64,000 nt of DNA. It comes from Rickettsiales bacterium. GTDB lineage: Bacteria; Pseudomonadota; Alphaproteobacteria; Rickettsiales; UBA998. The stretch lies in contig DAIPJH010000002.1 in NCBI GenBank assembly GCA_036770365.1, positions 163,514 to 227,513 of the forward strand, in the 5' to 3' direction. The notes under the pieces were generated by a model, which worked only from the letters and a program-made list of their open reading frames with translations, made no database searches and was not told the DNA's origin. This document shows positions 27,769 to 41,585 of the stretch, one piece after another (position 1 is the stretch's first letter; every line of letters starts with the position of its first letter). Both the position numbers and the translations under genes were made by a program.

Positions 27769-28320
27769 ATGCGTGATATTGTCTATGATATTCCTGAAAC
27801 GAAACAAAGCTTGGAACGCCATACGCTGGCTGTCCTAGTGGATAATGAGTTTGGCGTACTTGGTCGTGTGGTTGGATTATTTTCTGGGCGTGGCTATAAT
27901 ATTGAAAGCCTGACCGTAGCAGAAACCGATGCAGAACGTGGCCTATCTCGCATAACAATTGTCACCACAGGCACACGTCAAGTCATTGAACAAATTAAAG
28001 CCTTGTTGGAACGCATGATTCCTGTTCACCGCGTTCATGACCTCACGGTTGAAGGCGCGCATGTTGAACGTGAACTTGCGCTCATCAAAGTCACCAGCAC
28101 TGGTGAAAAACGCGTCGAGGCTCTGCGCATTGCAGAAATCTTTCGCGCACGCTCGGTTGATGCAACCACATCATCCTTCGTCTTTGAGTTAACAGGGAAA
28201 CCCTCTAAAATTAATTCTTTTATTGAACTCATGAAGCCTTTAGGCTTAGTTGAGATTGCACGCACAGGTGCGGCGGCAATGGCACGCGGCGCAGAAGGTT
28301 TTGGCGAAGAAACCAAATAA
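27769..28320 (+). CDS. ilvH: acetolactate synthase, small (regulatory) subunit
   Basis: ACT-domain start HTLAVLVDNEFGVLGRVVGLFSGRGYNIESLTV, typical of IlvH/IlvN. Confidence 0.92.
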   Translation: MRDIVYDIPETKQSLERHTLAVLVDNEFGVLGRVVGLFSGRGYNIESLTVAETDAERGLSRITIVTTGTRQVIEQIKALLERMIPVHRVHDLTVEGAHVERELALIKVTSTGEKRVEALRIAEIFRARSVDATTSSFVFELTGKPSKINSFIELMKPLGLVEIARTGAAAMARGAEGFGEETK

Positions 28321-28334
28321 CATTAGGGGGTTTT

Positions 28335-29585
28335 GTGACCACAGCAGACCATGTCACCACCTCCACTCCTTCCTTTTTTTCCTCCAATCTATGGCGGAAC
28401 AAACGCTTTCTTGTATCACCATTTTGGGACGCTACCCTTGCTGGTGGTGCTGCGCTGGTATATCTTGCAATCGTACTAAGTACGTCCCCCTTCATTCGAG
28501 ATTCACACCAGCGTATTGATAATAACATTCATTTCAAAGTCGCAGCTTTATTCGCGCTGCTTGCATATGTAGTAAACTATCCTCACTTTATGGCATCCTA
28601 CGGAATATTATACCGTAATTTTCGTGGACAATTACGTCAATTTGCGGCGACAGACCGCGTCATGTGGTGGCGATTTGTCAATGCGGGCATCATTGTTCCT
28701 ACTCTAATGGGCTTAGGTTTTTGCTACGGCTGGCTTGCACATACCAAAGATGCTTTTGGTTGGGGTATTGTCGCCATGTTTTTCTTTGTGGGATGGCACT
28801 ATGTTAAACAATCCTTTGGTATCATGATGGTCCTCAGCAGCGTTCGCCATATCACCTACACCAACAGAGAACGCTTCTTAATGTATATCAACGCCCATGT
28901 CGTATGGATGTATAGCTGGCTCAATGCCTACAAAGTTATCCCAGGACTTGGCACAGATACTGCTGGACATTCCGATTTTACTTACACTGGCTCTTCCTTA
29001 CGCATTCCCGAATACATGGCAACATTTCTAGATTGGTTCTTGTACACCTACCTCATCCTCACCTGTTTGATGCTTGCGCACAAATGGCTACGCGGACAAA
29101 AACCTCCACTTGCAGCGTTACTTGGTTATTTTTCCATGTATATTTTACTGCTTTTTGGGTTAAGCAACCCTCTCTGGGCAGCGGCAGCTCCCTTCTTTCA
29201 TTCCGCACAATATCTTCTCTTTATCTACAGCGTCAAACGCGGAGAGAACCTAGAAAACTTAAACATCCATGGCCATGGACTCGCACCGCACTTACGTCAA
29301 TTAGGACTGTTATATGCTTCTGCGCTCGCATTTTTGGGATTATTATTTTTTGATTTCATCCCAAATAAAATTGCTTTTTATGACATCAACATTGCGCCGC
29401 TTGACTGGAAAACACCATGGCCACTCATGTTCATTCTTTTCATCAATATTCATCACTACTTTATTGACAACGTGATTTGGAAACGTGGCAATCACGAAAT
29501 TTGGCATCATTTATTCTACGGTTTGCGTGAACAACAGCCTAACACAACCAAAAAACCTAAAAAAACGCATAAAATGACTGCATAA
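28335..29585 (+). CDS. polytopic membrane protein with spaced His motifs, function unknown
   Basis: 416 aa with about 10 hydrophobic segments. Motifs YPHFMASY, GWHYVKQSFG, FFHSAQY and NIHHYFIDNVIWKRGNHE. GTG start 14 nt after the ilvH stop, with an AGGGGG SD. Confidence 0.6.
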   Translation: MTTADHVTTSTPSFFSSNLWRNKRFLVSPFWDATLAGGAALVYLAIVLSTSPFIRDSHQRIDNNIHFKVAALFALLAYVVNYPHFMASYGILYRNFRGQLRQFAATDRVMWWRFVNAGIIVPTLMGLGFCYGWLAHTKDAFGWGIVAMFFFVGWHYVKQSFGIMMVLSSVRHITYTNRERFLMYINAHVVWMYSWLNAYKVIPGLGTDTAGHSDFTYTGSSLRIPEYMATFLDWFLYTYLILTCLMLAHKWLRGQKPPLAALLGYFSMYILLLFGLSNPLWAAAAPFFHSAQYLLFIYSVKRGENLENLNIHGHGLAPHLRQLGLLYASALAFLGLLFFDFIPNKIAFYDINIAPLDWKTPWPLMFILFINIHHYFIDNVIWKRGNHEIWHHLFYGLREQQPNTTKKPKKTHKMTA

Positions 29586-29617
29586 GTACTTGTGTCTCCA
29601 CCATATAAGCACTATAA

Positions 29618-30682
<1,065 letters not shown>

Positions 30683-30986
30683 TTACTACGTTAAGGGAAC
30701 TGAATATTTTCCTAAAGAACACAAATTTGGATTAGCGGCGCAAATGAATCGCGCCGCTATTTCTATTCCTTCCAATATCGCCGCAGGCTTTAATCGCAAA
30801 GGCAGCAAAGAATATATACAATTTTTAAGTATTGCCCTTGATTCATTGGCAGAACTAGAAACTCAAGCTCTTATTGTTCAGAAACAAAATTTCTTTCCTT
30901 CATCTTATGCCGACTCTTTGATTAAATGGGTGTGAAAAATGATACGGAGTATGATAAAAAAACTTAAACTTTCTTCTAGCCATTAA
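30683..30986 (+). pseudogene. decayed four-helix-bundle protein gene (23S rRNA intervening-sequence protein family)
   Basis: FPKEHKFGLAAQMNRAAISIPSNIAAGFNRKGSKEYIQFLSIALDSLAELETQ matches the family core. The N-terminal helix is missing; the frame runs out of the ilvC 3' end. An in-frame TGA at 30933-30935 separates the last helix (KMIRSMIKKLK...). Confidence 0.6.
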
Positions 30987-31024
30987 CCACTAGTTTCTAG
31001 CCACTTCTTTTCAATGAGCAGAAC

Positions 31025-33660
<2,636 letters not shown>

Positions 33661-33661
33661 A

Positions 33662-34402
33662 CTACGCTATCCACTCGCCTTTCAGCGAATCAATAAATGC
33701 TCGTGTATCTCTTGTAGCGATTGCCAAAACCTCAGCATTATCACTGCGAAGCACCAAACTTGTTGCCAAGCGTTCATCTTTAATCATTGGGTATGAGCCT
33801 ATTTCTACTTCTGGGTACTTGGCTTGAATCGCGGTGACGCCTTCGGCAATCACCCCTTCTGGTAGCCAAAAGCTCAAAGTTTCACTTAAAATTGGCAAAC
33901 CACCTTTGAAAGTGTGGATGATACCGTCCATCATTGCCTGCATAATGCGTGGCACACCTGCAAGCACATAGACATTTCCAAGCCTAAAACCTGGGGCGGT
34001 ACTCACAGGATTATCAATCAACTCTGCTCCCTCAGGCAAATCCGCCATACGCAAGCGCGCTGCGTTCAGGTCTTCGGGTTTATAATACACACGCAGTCGT
34101 GCTTCCGCCTCAGCGTTACGACCAAATTTTACGCCAAATACTTTTGCGATACAGGCAGAGGTAATATCATCATGAGTTGGGCCAATGCCGCCTGTAGTAA
34201 AAATATAATCATACTGTGTGCGTACAGCGTTTATCGTTTCCACGATAATATGTTCCACATCAGGAATAACTCTCATATGCACCATCCGAACCCCGACTTC
34301 GTTCAAACGCTGCGATAACCATGCAAGGTTTTTATCTTGGGTTCGCCCTGATAAAATCTCATTTCCGATGATAATCAAGCAAGCCGTTGTAATTTTGGTC
34401 AT
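33662..34402 (-). CDS. CinA-like / MoCF-biosynthesis (molybdopterin-binding) domain protein
   Basis: IIIGNEILSGRTQDKN...TTGGIGPTHDDIT pattern. An AAGAGGAA SD precedes the ATG at 34402; the track start at 34426 is rejected. Confidence 0.75.
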   Translation of the reverse strand: MTKITTACLIIIGNEILSGRTQDKNLAWLSQRLNEVGVRMVHMRVIPDVEHIIVETINAVRTQYDYIFTTGGIGPTHDDITSACIAKVFGVKFGRNAEAEARLRVYYKPEDLNAARLRMADLPEGAELIDNPVSTAPGFRLGNVYVLAGVPRIMQAMMDGIIHTFKGGLPILSETLSFWLPEGVIAEGVTAIQAKYPEVEIGSYPMIKDERLATSLVLRSDNAEVLAIATRDTRAFIDSLKGEWIA

Positions 34403-34461
34403 GATATTCCTCTTTTTCCTTGTCAAACTAGCTCAGGCTAGCATCCATTAAATGCTCTTTA

Positions 34462-34489
34462 GATTCCAGCTTTCGCTGGAATGACAAAG
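34462..34489 (-). repeat. short palindromic intergenic repeat, copy A
   Basis: The reverse complement, CTTTGTCATTCCAGCGAAAGCTGGAATC, contains the hairpin ATTCCAGC-gaaa-GCTGGAAT. Two related copies lie at 47256-47328. Confidence 0.5.
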
Positions 34490-34570
34490 ATTTTGCAGCC
34501 ACAAGTATAGCATAAAAAAATTGCTGATTTCCACCATGTCCTTTATGTTAGGCGCAAGGAGAACAAATAA

Positions 34571-35371
34571 ATGTCAAAAAAATCACATATCGAACTTCAC
34601 GGGCCTGAAGACTTTGCCGCAATGCGCAAGGCAGGAAAGCTTGCCGCTGAATTACTCGACGCCGCCACGGAGATTGTACGCGAAGGCGTCACCACGCAGG
34701 AAATCAATGATATTTTGCATAAGATAACGATTGATGCAGGCGCGATTCCTGCACCACTGGGCTATCGCGGCTTTCCGAAATCTGTATGTACATCGGTCAA
34801 TCACGTCGTATGTCACGGCGTGCCGTCTGAAAAACAAAAACTCAAGTCTGGCGACATTATCAATATTGACGTGACCCCACTGGTTGATGGTTGGCATGGC
34901 GATTCAAGCCGTATGTATTATGTGGGTGACGTACCGATTCGCGCACAACGACTGATTCAGGTGACCTATGATGCGATGATGCTGGGGATTGAACAAATCA
35001 AACCAGGAAAAACCACTGGTGATATTGGGCATGCAATTCAAACCTATGCGGAGTCACAAGGATTTTCGGTCGTACGTGAATATTGCGGTCATGGACTTGG
35101 TAAAATCTTTCATACCGCCCCCAATATCCTACATTTCGGCAGACCAGGTTCGGGTGAAATACTAGAAGAAGGTATGTTCTTCACCGTAGAACCGATGATC
35201 AATGCAGGCAAAAAAGAGACCAAACTCAGTGTGCATGATGGCTGGACAGTCACCACCCGTGACCGCTCGCTTTCTGCGCAGTTTGAACATTCTTTAGGGG
35301 TGACCAAAGACGGTTTTGAACTATTTACTGTTTCTCCTAAAGGTTTACACTTCCCTCCTTATAAAATTTAG
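34571..35371 (+). CDS. map: type I methionine aminopeptidase
   Basis: Metal-ligand contexts INIDVT..GWHGD, YCGHGLG, FTVEP and AQFEH. An AAGGAG SD is present. Confidence 0.95.
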   Translation: MSKKSHIELHGPEDFAAMRKAGKLAAELLDAATEIVREGVTTQEINDILHKITIDAGAIPAPLGYRGFPKSVCTSVNHVVCHGVPSEKQKLKSGDIINIDVTPLVDGWHGDSSRMYYVGDVPIRAQRLIQVTYDAMMLGIEQIKPGKTTGDIGHAIQTYAESQGFSVVREYCGHGLGKIFHTAPNILHFGRPGSGEILEEGMFFTVEPMINAGKKETKLSVHDGWTVTTRDRSLSAQFEHSLGVTKDGFELFTVSPKGLHFPPYKI

Positions 35372-35381
35372 GTGATGACAC

Positions 35382-36158
35382 ATGACATATAAAAACATCG
35401 TGATTACAGGCGCAAGTTCTGGGCTTGGAGAGGCATTAGCGAAAGCCTACGCCGAGCGTGGCGTCACTCTTGGACTACTTGGACGCAATACTGACAAGCT
35501 GGAGACTTTAGCCATGTATTGCCGCGCACGTGGGACAGAAGTCATCACCGCAAGTATTGACGTGTGTAATGAAGCAGCGATGACCGACTGGCTAGCACAT
35601 TTTGACGCTGATCACCCCATTGACCTCATTATCGCCAACGCAGGAATTTCTGGTGGAACAGCGAGTGGCACAGAATCTTCTGAGCAAACACGTCGTATTT
35701 TTGAAGTGAATGTGACTGGCGTATTTAATACTGTACTCCCTGTAATATCATGGATGCAGATGCGTTCGCATGGTCATATCGCCCTCATCAGCTCAATCGC
35801 AGGATTTCGTGGACTTGGCTCTGCGCCTGCTTATTGCTCAAGCAAAGCAGCAGTACGCATATGGGGTGAAGGGCTACGCTGTCAGCTCAAAAAACAAGGC
35901 ATCAAAGTAAGTGTAATCTGTCCAGGATTTATCAAAACCCCGATGACAGATGTGAATCCCTACCCTATGCCGTTTATCATGGAAGCTGAAGAAGCAGCAC
36001 AACGCATCAAAGCAGGGATTGAGAAAAACCGTCCGCGTATTGCTTTCCCACTACCAATGTCGATTCCGTTATGGCTGCTTAGTTGCTTAAGTCCACACAT
36101 TGGCGATGTACTAGTATCATGGCTTCCCGGCAAACCACCGCAAGATTTTAAGGGCTAA
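35382..36158 (+). CDS. short-chain dehydrogenase/reductase
   Basis: TGASSGLGEALA cofactor motif and the YCSSKAA catalytic Tyr/Lys motif. Confidence 0.8.
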   Translation: MTYKNIVITGASSGLGEALAKAYAERGVTLGLLGRNTDKLETLAMYCRARGTEVITASIDVCNEAAMTDWLAHFDADHPIDLIIANAGISGGTASGTESSEQTRRIFEVNVTGVFNTVLPVISWMQMRSHGHIALISSIAGFRGLGSAPAYCSSKAAVRIWGEGLRCQLKKQGIKVSVICPGFIKTPMTDVNPYPMPFIMEAEEAAQRIKAGIEKNRPRIAFPLPMSIPLWLLSCLSPHIGDVLVSWLPGKPPQDFKG

Positions 36159-36161
36159 GAC

Positions 36162-37691
36162 ATGGCATACGAATCTCTGCGTGATTTTATGACTGCTTTA
36201 GAAAAGGCAGGCAAGCTTGTGCGTGTACAAGCCTCCGTTTCCACCTATTTAGAGATGACCGAAATTCAAACGCGATTACTGGCAGAAAAAGGAGCGGCGG
36301 TCTTATTTGAAAACGTTCTCCATGCCAATAATTCTACGGAAGAAGCCGAACAAAAAAAATCACCACTGCCTGTTTTAGTCAATCTTTTTGGTACGGTCGA
36401 GCGCGTGGCTATGGCTTTGAACCGTACTCCTGAACAATTGCGTGAAGTCGGCGAAATGTTAGCTTTCTTTAAGCAACCCGAGCCACCTTCATCTATGCGT
36501 GAAGCATGGGAGATGATGCCACTCATCAAAGCCGCACTTGCGATGAAACCCAAAACAGTGAATAACGCCCCCTGCCAAGAAGTCCTATGGACAGGTGAAG
36601 AAGTGGATTTAGGCAGACTACCTATCCAAACCTGCTGGCCAAACGAACCTGCACCGCTAATTACGTGGCCACTCGTCGTGACCAAAGGCCCAAGCGACAA
36701 AAAGGAAGATAATTTTAATCTTGGCATTTACCGTATGCAGGTTACGGGCAAAAACACGACCTTAATGCGCTGGCTCAAACATCGCGGCGGAGCGCAACAC
36801 CATGCACGCTGGGCAAAGGAAAAGCGCGACCCACTACCAGTGGCAGTGGTGATTGGCGCAGACCCTGCGACTATTCTTGCTGCAGTGACACCTGTACCTG
36901 ATACACTTTCAGAATATCAATTTGCAGGATTACTTCGCGGAAGCAAAGTGCAGCTCGTTGACTGTAAAACCGTACCGTTAAAAGTACCTGCCCACGCAGA
37001 AATCGTGTTGGAAGGTTACGTAAGCTTAAGTGAATATGGCGATGAAGGTCCTTACGGCGATCACACAGGTTATTATAACTCCGTCGAGAAATTCCCTGTC
37101 TTTACCTGTACGGCGATTACTATGCGAAGGGATGCTATTTATTTAAGCACCTTCACCAGCCGCCCCCCTGATGAGCCATCCGTACTAGGCGAAGCACTGA
37201 ATGAAGTATTCATCCCGCTTCTACAACAACAATTCCCCGAAATTGTTGATTTCTGGTTGCCGCCTGAAGGTTGTTCGTACCGCGTTGCGGTCGTCTCCAT
37301 CAAAAAGGCTTATGCTGGACATGCCAAGCGTATCATGATGGGCGTATGGTCGTTCCTACGTCAATTTGTCTATACTAAATTTGTGATTATAGTTGATGAA
37401 GACATTGACTGCCGTGACTGGAAGGATGTAATCTGGGCAATGTCCACACGCATGGACCCTGTGCGCGATATTATCACGATTGAAAACACCCCAATTGATT
37501 ACCTTGATTTTGCTTCGCCGACCTCAGGACTAGGCGGTAAACTCGGCATGGACGCCACAAACAAAATAGACAGCGAAACCACCCGTGAATGGGGTCAAGT
37601 CATGCGAATGGACGACAATATTATTCAGAAAGTAAACGAAAAATGGGCGCAGTACGGACTGCCTACCAGCGGCGTGTCTATTTGGAAATAA
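36162..37691 (+). CDS. ubiD: UbiD-family decarboxylase (4-hydroxy-3-polyprenylbenzoate decarboxylase)
   Basis: 509 aa with [18 protein letters not shown] and PYGDHTGYY, typical of UbiD. Confidence 0.88.
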   Translation: MAYESLRDFMTALEKAGKLVRVQASVSTYLEMTEIQTRLLAEKGAAVLFENVLHANNSTEEAEQKKSPLPVLVNLFGTVERVAMALNRTPEQLREVGEMLAFFKQPEPPSSMREAWEMMPLIKAALAMKPKTVNNAPCQEVLWTGEEVDLGRLPIQTCWPNEPAPLITWPLVVTKGPSDKKEDNFNLGIYRMQVTGKNTTLMRWLKHRGGAQHHARWAKEKRDPLPVAVVIGADPATILAAVTPVPDTLSEYQFAGLLRGSKVQLVDCKTVPLKVPAHAEIVLEGYVSLSEYGDEGPYGDHTGYYNSVEKFPVFTCTAITMRRDAIYLSTFTSRPPDEPSVLGEALNEVFIPLLQQQFPEIVDFWLPPEGCSYRVAVVSIKKAYAGHAKRIMMGVWSFLRQFVYTKFVIIVDEDIDCRDWKDVIWAMSTRMDPVRDIITIENTPIDYLDFASPTSGLGGKLGMDATNKIDSETTREWGQVMRMDDNIIQKVNEKWAQYGLPTSGVSIWK

Positions 37692-37812
37692 TGCCCATGT
37701 CGCCCCATTACTACTAGATTTATGCAGTACGCAGGTGTAGAAACATGTTTCAAAAATATACAGATGAAGCTCACACAAGAGGAGCAGGTCACAATATTAA
37801 AGGAAATGCAGC

Positions 37813-38397
37813 ATGCGCATAATGATTACCACACTCGGTGTTTTTCTCGCGATTGCCGCCGTAGGATTTATTGGATTTAGTGCAAATCTTTCCAAAAACC
37901 ACCATGTTGAAGCTGAGGCTGTTTATGACCGTCCCGTCACAATGGTTTGGCAAGTTCTCACCGATTATGCAACCATGCCCACGTGGTCAGCAACCGTTGC
38001 CAAAACCGCATCACTGGGTATCAAAGATGGCAAACCCGCATGGCATATTGAACTCAAAGACGGGCATTTCATGGATATCAGCATTGATGAATCCATTCCC
38101 AATAAACATTTTAAAACCACCATTCTTGATACGGATACGCCCTATGAAGGCTCATGGATAATTGACTTAGAAGCTTTAAGCGAAAACAAAACCGTCGCAA
38201 AACTTTCCGAAGATGGCAAAATTAAAAGTCCGATTTGGCGCTTTATAATGCACTATTTTATTGGTCAAGATACACTTATCAAGACAACACTCGCTCAAGC
38301 AGGAGAAGAACTGGCAAGACGCCCTTTACCTACATTGCAACCCACGCAGCCTAACGCCCTTTCCACAACACCAGCCGAATCACACCTCACACACTAA
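37813..38397 (+). CDS. membrane-anchored SRPBCC (polyketide-cyclase/START-like) domain protein
   Basis: N-terminal TM helix. The pattern VYDRPVTMVWQVLTDYATMPTWS resembles SRPBCC N-termini. Confidence 0.5.
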   Translation: MRIMITTLGVFLAIAAVGFIGFSANLSKNHHVEAEAVYDRPVTMVWQVLTDYATMPTWSATVAKTASLGIKDGKPAWHIELKDGHFMDISIDESIPNKHFKTTILDTDTPYEGSWIIDLEALSENKTVAKLSEDGKIKSPIWRFIMHYFIGQDTLIKTTLAQAGEELARRPLPTLQPTQPNALSTTPAESHLTH

Positions 38398-38420
38398 TCA
38401 CCCTTTTTCTGCGAGTCACC

Positions 38421-39758
38421 ATGACCTCTTCTAATGCCGCCATCATTGAACATGTACTTACCGAGGCAAAAAAACAGGGTGCAGATAAAGCAGACTGTAT
38501 TTTTCTAAACACGATGGATGTATCGGTGTCGTGCCGTAAAGGAAAGCAAGAACAATTAGAACGCTCTGAGTCCAGCGGCATAGGGCTGCGAGTATGGGTG
38601 GGTGATGCACCCGCAATGGCATCCACCTCAGATTGCTCCCCCGCAAGCTTAATGTTGCTTGCAGAGCGCGCACTTTCAATGGCACGTGTAGCGACAGACG
38701 ATACTTACGCCGATTTGGCGGATAGTTCGTGCATCATTAAGAATATCCCCGACCTTGATCTCTATGACAGCAATGAGCCTGAAGTGAATTTAATGTTTGA
38801 CCGTGCAAAACAATGCGAAGCAGTCGCGTTGGAAACCAAAGGCATCACCAATTCAGAAGGTGCAGATGCGAGTTATGGTACATATGAGCTGATCATTGCA
38901 ACCTCTGCGGGATGCCACGCCCACTACCGCGCCAGCATGCAATCGCTTTCTGTGTCTGTGCTTGCAGGTAAAGGCGCAGAGATGGAACGTGATTACGATT
39001 ATAGCACAGCACGTCATTTTGGCGATTTACTCTCTCCAAAAGACATTGGAAAGGGTGCAGCCCAAAAAGCACTTGCACGCTTGCATCCTCGCAAAAAGGC
39101 CACCACGCAGATTCCTGTGATTTTTGACCCGCGTGTGGGCCGCAGTTTACTGGGAGCATTTTCTTCAGGTATCAACGGCACAAGCATTGCGCGTGGCACG
39201 TCCTTCCTCAAAGACCAGATGCATAAAGAAATCTTTAATCAAAATGTTTGTATTGTCGATGATGCTACCCGTAGGCGTGGACTTGGCTCAAAACCGTTTG
39301 ATGGCGAAGGACTCGCCACTGCACCCCTCACCCTCGTCGAAAACGGTGTTTTGCAAACATGGTTACTCGATACACGTTCAGCCAATCAGCTTGGGCTAAA
39401 ATCGACTGGTCACGCTTCGCGCGGGATGGCATCACCCCCGTCTCCGTCCTCTACCAATCTTTATATGAAAGCAGGAAAAATATCTGTTAACGACTTGATT
39501 GCGGACATCAAAGAAGGGTTCTACGTCACGGAAGCTTTCGGCATGGGCGTGAACACTGTCACAGGAGATTATAGCCAAGGCGCATCAGGTTTTTGGATTG
39601 AAAACGGTGAAATCGTCTATCCGGTTTCCGAGATGACAATTGCAGGAAAAATGCTCGATATGTTCGTACACCTTATTCCTGCAAATGATTTGGTGTTCAA
39701 ATACGCCACCAACACCCCAACGCTGCGCGTTGAGGGTATGACAGTGGCAGGAAGCTAG
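38421..39758 (+). CDS. pmbA: metalloprotease PmbA/TldE
   Basis: 445 aa with GLRVWVG, FDGEG, and the C-terminal GDYSQGASGFWIENGEIVYPV pattern of the TldD/PmbA family. Confidence 0.85.
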   Translation: MTSSNAAIIEHVLTEAKKQGADKADCIFLNTMDVSVSCRKGKQEQLERSESSGIGLRVWVGDAPAMASTSDCSPASLMLLAERALSMARVATDDTYADLADSSCIIKNIPDLDLYDSNEPEVNLMFDRAKQCEAVALETKGITNSEGADASYGTYELIIATSAGCHAHYRASMQSLSVSVLAGKGAEMERDYDYSTARHFGDLLSPKDIGKGAAQKALARLHPRKKATTQIPVIFDPRVGRSLLGAFSSGINGTSIARGTSFLKDQMHKEIFNQNVCIVDDATRRRGLGSKPFDGEGLATAPLTLVENGVLQTWLLDTRSANQLGLKSTGHASRGMASPPSPSSTNLYMKAGKISVNDLIADIKEGFYVTEAFGMGVNTVTGDYSQGASGFWIENGEIVYPVSEMTIAGKMLDMFVHLIPANDLVFKYATNTPTLRVEGMTVAGS

Positions 39759-39791
39759 CTTTTTCAAATAAAAGCAGTTAAACATCTGCGC

Positions 39792-41585
39792 ATGAACATT
39801 GAAACACTCGATATACCTGAGCAAACCCCTCACCATGAGACCGCATCCAAAAGCTTGATGCGTCGCTTGGTATATCATTATGTCCGCCATTTTAAGCGCG
39901 ATATTGTACTTGCTGTGATGTGTATGGTGGTGGTTGCTAGCACCGCAGCAGGAAATTCATGGCTACTCCAACCCGCACTGGATGAAATTTTTGTCAATAA
40001 GAACCACCAGATGCTCTATCTGATTCCGCTTGTAGTCATTGGCATTACGTTGTTGGGTGCTATGGCAAATTATGGTCAAACCGTACTCATGCGTCGTGTT
40101 GGTCAAGGCATCATCGCCGCAATGCAAATTGATTTATTTCGCCACTTGCTTTACGCAGACGTTGGACTCTATCAAGATCAAGCTTCAGGCAAATTAATTA
40201 CACGCTTTACCAGCGACATTCAGCTTATGCGTAATGCAGTATCGAGCGTTCTCACAGGCATTGCGAAGGAAACGTTAACCATGGTTTTCTTGGTAGGGGT
40301 AATGATTCATCAAAGTTGGCAGCTTTCACTTCTCGCTCTCGGGATTTACCCCATTGCATTCTACCCCGTGATTAAACTCGGTAAGCGCATGCGCAAAGTT
40401 TCTGACAAAGCACAGCATGAACTCGGTAATTTTGCTGCCATTTTAGATGATGCATTTAGCGGTGTGCGTATTGTGAAGGCATATGGGCGGGAAGAATTTG
40501 AAGTCGAGCGCGCACGTTTCTCGGTAAATCGTCTGTTCTCACTCTACACGAAAGCTTCACGTATCCAGGCAATTGCAAGCCCCATGATGGAGATTTTGGG
40601 CAGTTTTGCGATTGCAGGTGTGATCTTTTACGGTGGCATGCAGGTTATAGACGGTTCTACCACTCCCGGTAAATTTTTCTCATTCGTTGCTGCCATGCTT
40701 ATGGCCTATAAACCTGCACGTGCGATGGCAGGTATGAACACTCAATTACAAGAAGGGTTAGCCGCGGCACGCCGTTTCTTTACGGTTATGGATACAAGAC
40801 CAACCATAGCAGAAAAACCAGATGCCATCACCTTACCTACCCTAACCGAAGGGGCAAGCATTCACTTTGAGTGTGTAGATTTTAACTATCATAATCATAT
40901 CCCTGCATTGCGACAGGTGAGCTTTGATGTCTCCGCAGGAAAAATGGCGGCGTTGGTCGGCGCATCAGGCGCGGGTAAAACCACGATTATGAATCTGATG
41001 ATGCGCTTTTACGATGTGGACAGCGGCAGGATTCACATTAATGGGCATGACATACGCGACCTCACTTTTGCAAGTTTACGTAACCATATCGCCTTTGTCT
41101 CACAAGAAGTAATGCTGTTTGATGGCACTATTTACGAAAACATTGCATATGGGCTTGAGAATGCCAGCAAAGAAACTGTGGAGAACGCTGCAAAAGCGGC
41201 AGATGCGCATGATTTCATCATCACACAATCCGAAGGCTATGCGACACGCGTTGGTCCTTCTGGCACAAGGCTCTCAGGCGGGCAACGCCAGCGCATCTCT
41301 ATCGCACGCGCAATGTTACGCAATGCTCCCATTTTATTACTAGATGAAGCAACATCCGCACTTGATGCTGCCTCTGAGCGTAGCGTTCAGAAAGCCCTTG
41401 ATGAACTGATGCAACATCGCACCAGTTTGGTGATTGCGCACCGCCTTTCAACCGTACGCCACGCAGATATTATCTATGTGATGGATAAAGGACAGATCGT
41501 CGAATCAGGTACACATGATGAACTCTTAAAGAAAAATGGCGTCTATGCAACACTCAACGCCTCACAATTTACGGAGCAGGCATGA
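39792..41585 (+). CDS. msbA: lipid A/LPS-flippase-type ABC exporter (MsbA-like)
   Basis: Six-TM domain plus NBD with Walker A GASGAGKTT, signature LSGGQRQRISIARA and Walker B ILLLDEATSALD. It heads a Kdo/lipid A gene cluster. Confidence 0.8.
   Translation: MNIETLDIPEQTPHHETASKSLMRRLVYHYVRHFKRDIVLAVMCMVVVASTAAGNSWLLQPALDEIFVNKNHQMLYLIPLVVIGITLLGAMANYGQTVLMRRVGQGIIAAMQIDLFRHLLYADVGLYQDQASGKLITRFTSDIQLMRNAVSSVLTGIAKETLTMVFLVGVMIHQSWQLSLLALGIYPIAFYPVIKLGKRMRKVSDKAQHELGNFAAILDDAFSGVRIVKAYGREEFEVERARFSVNRLFSLYTKASRIQAIASPMMEILGSFAIAGVIFYGGMQVIDGSTTPGKFFSFVAAMLMAYKPARAMAGMNTQLQEGLAAARRFFTVMDTRPTIAEKPDAITLPTLTEGASIHFECVDFNYHNHIPALRQVSFDVSAGKMAALVGASGAGKTTIMNLMMRFYDVDSGRIHINGHDIRDLTFASLRNHIAFVSQEVMLFDGTIYENIAYGLENASKETVENAAKAADAHDFIITQSEGYATRVGPSGTRLSGGQRQRISIARAMLRNAPILLLDEATSALDAASERSVQKALDELMQHRTSLVIAHRLSTVRHADIIYVMDKGQIVESGTHDELLKKNGVYATLNASQFTEQA

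Noticed and set aside
30933-30935. Possible TGA reassignment (code 4 or read-through), because two accessory ORFs (30933 and 21167) carry in-frame TGA.
   Set aside because: TGA clearly terminates core genes here: the ATGA overlaps at waaA/lpxK, lpxK/lpxL and glnD/cca, and the msbA stop. Trp is encoded by TGG throughout. Independent nonsense decay of accessory genes is the simpler explanation.
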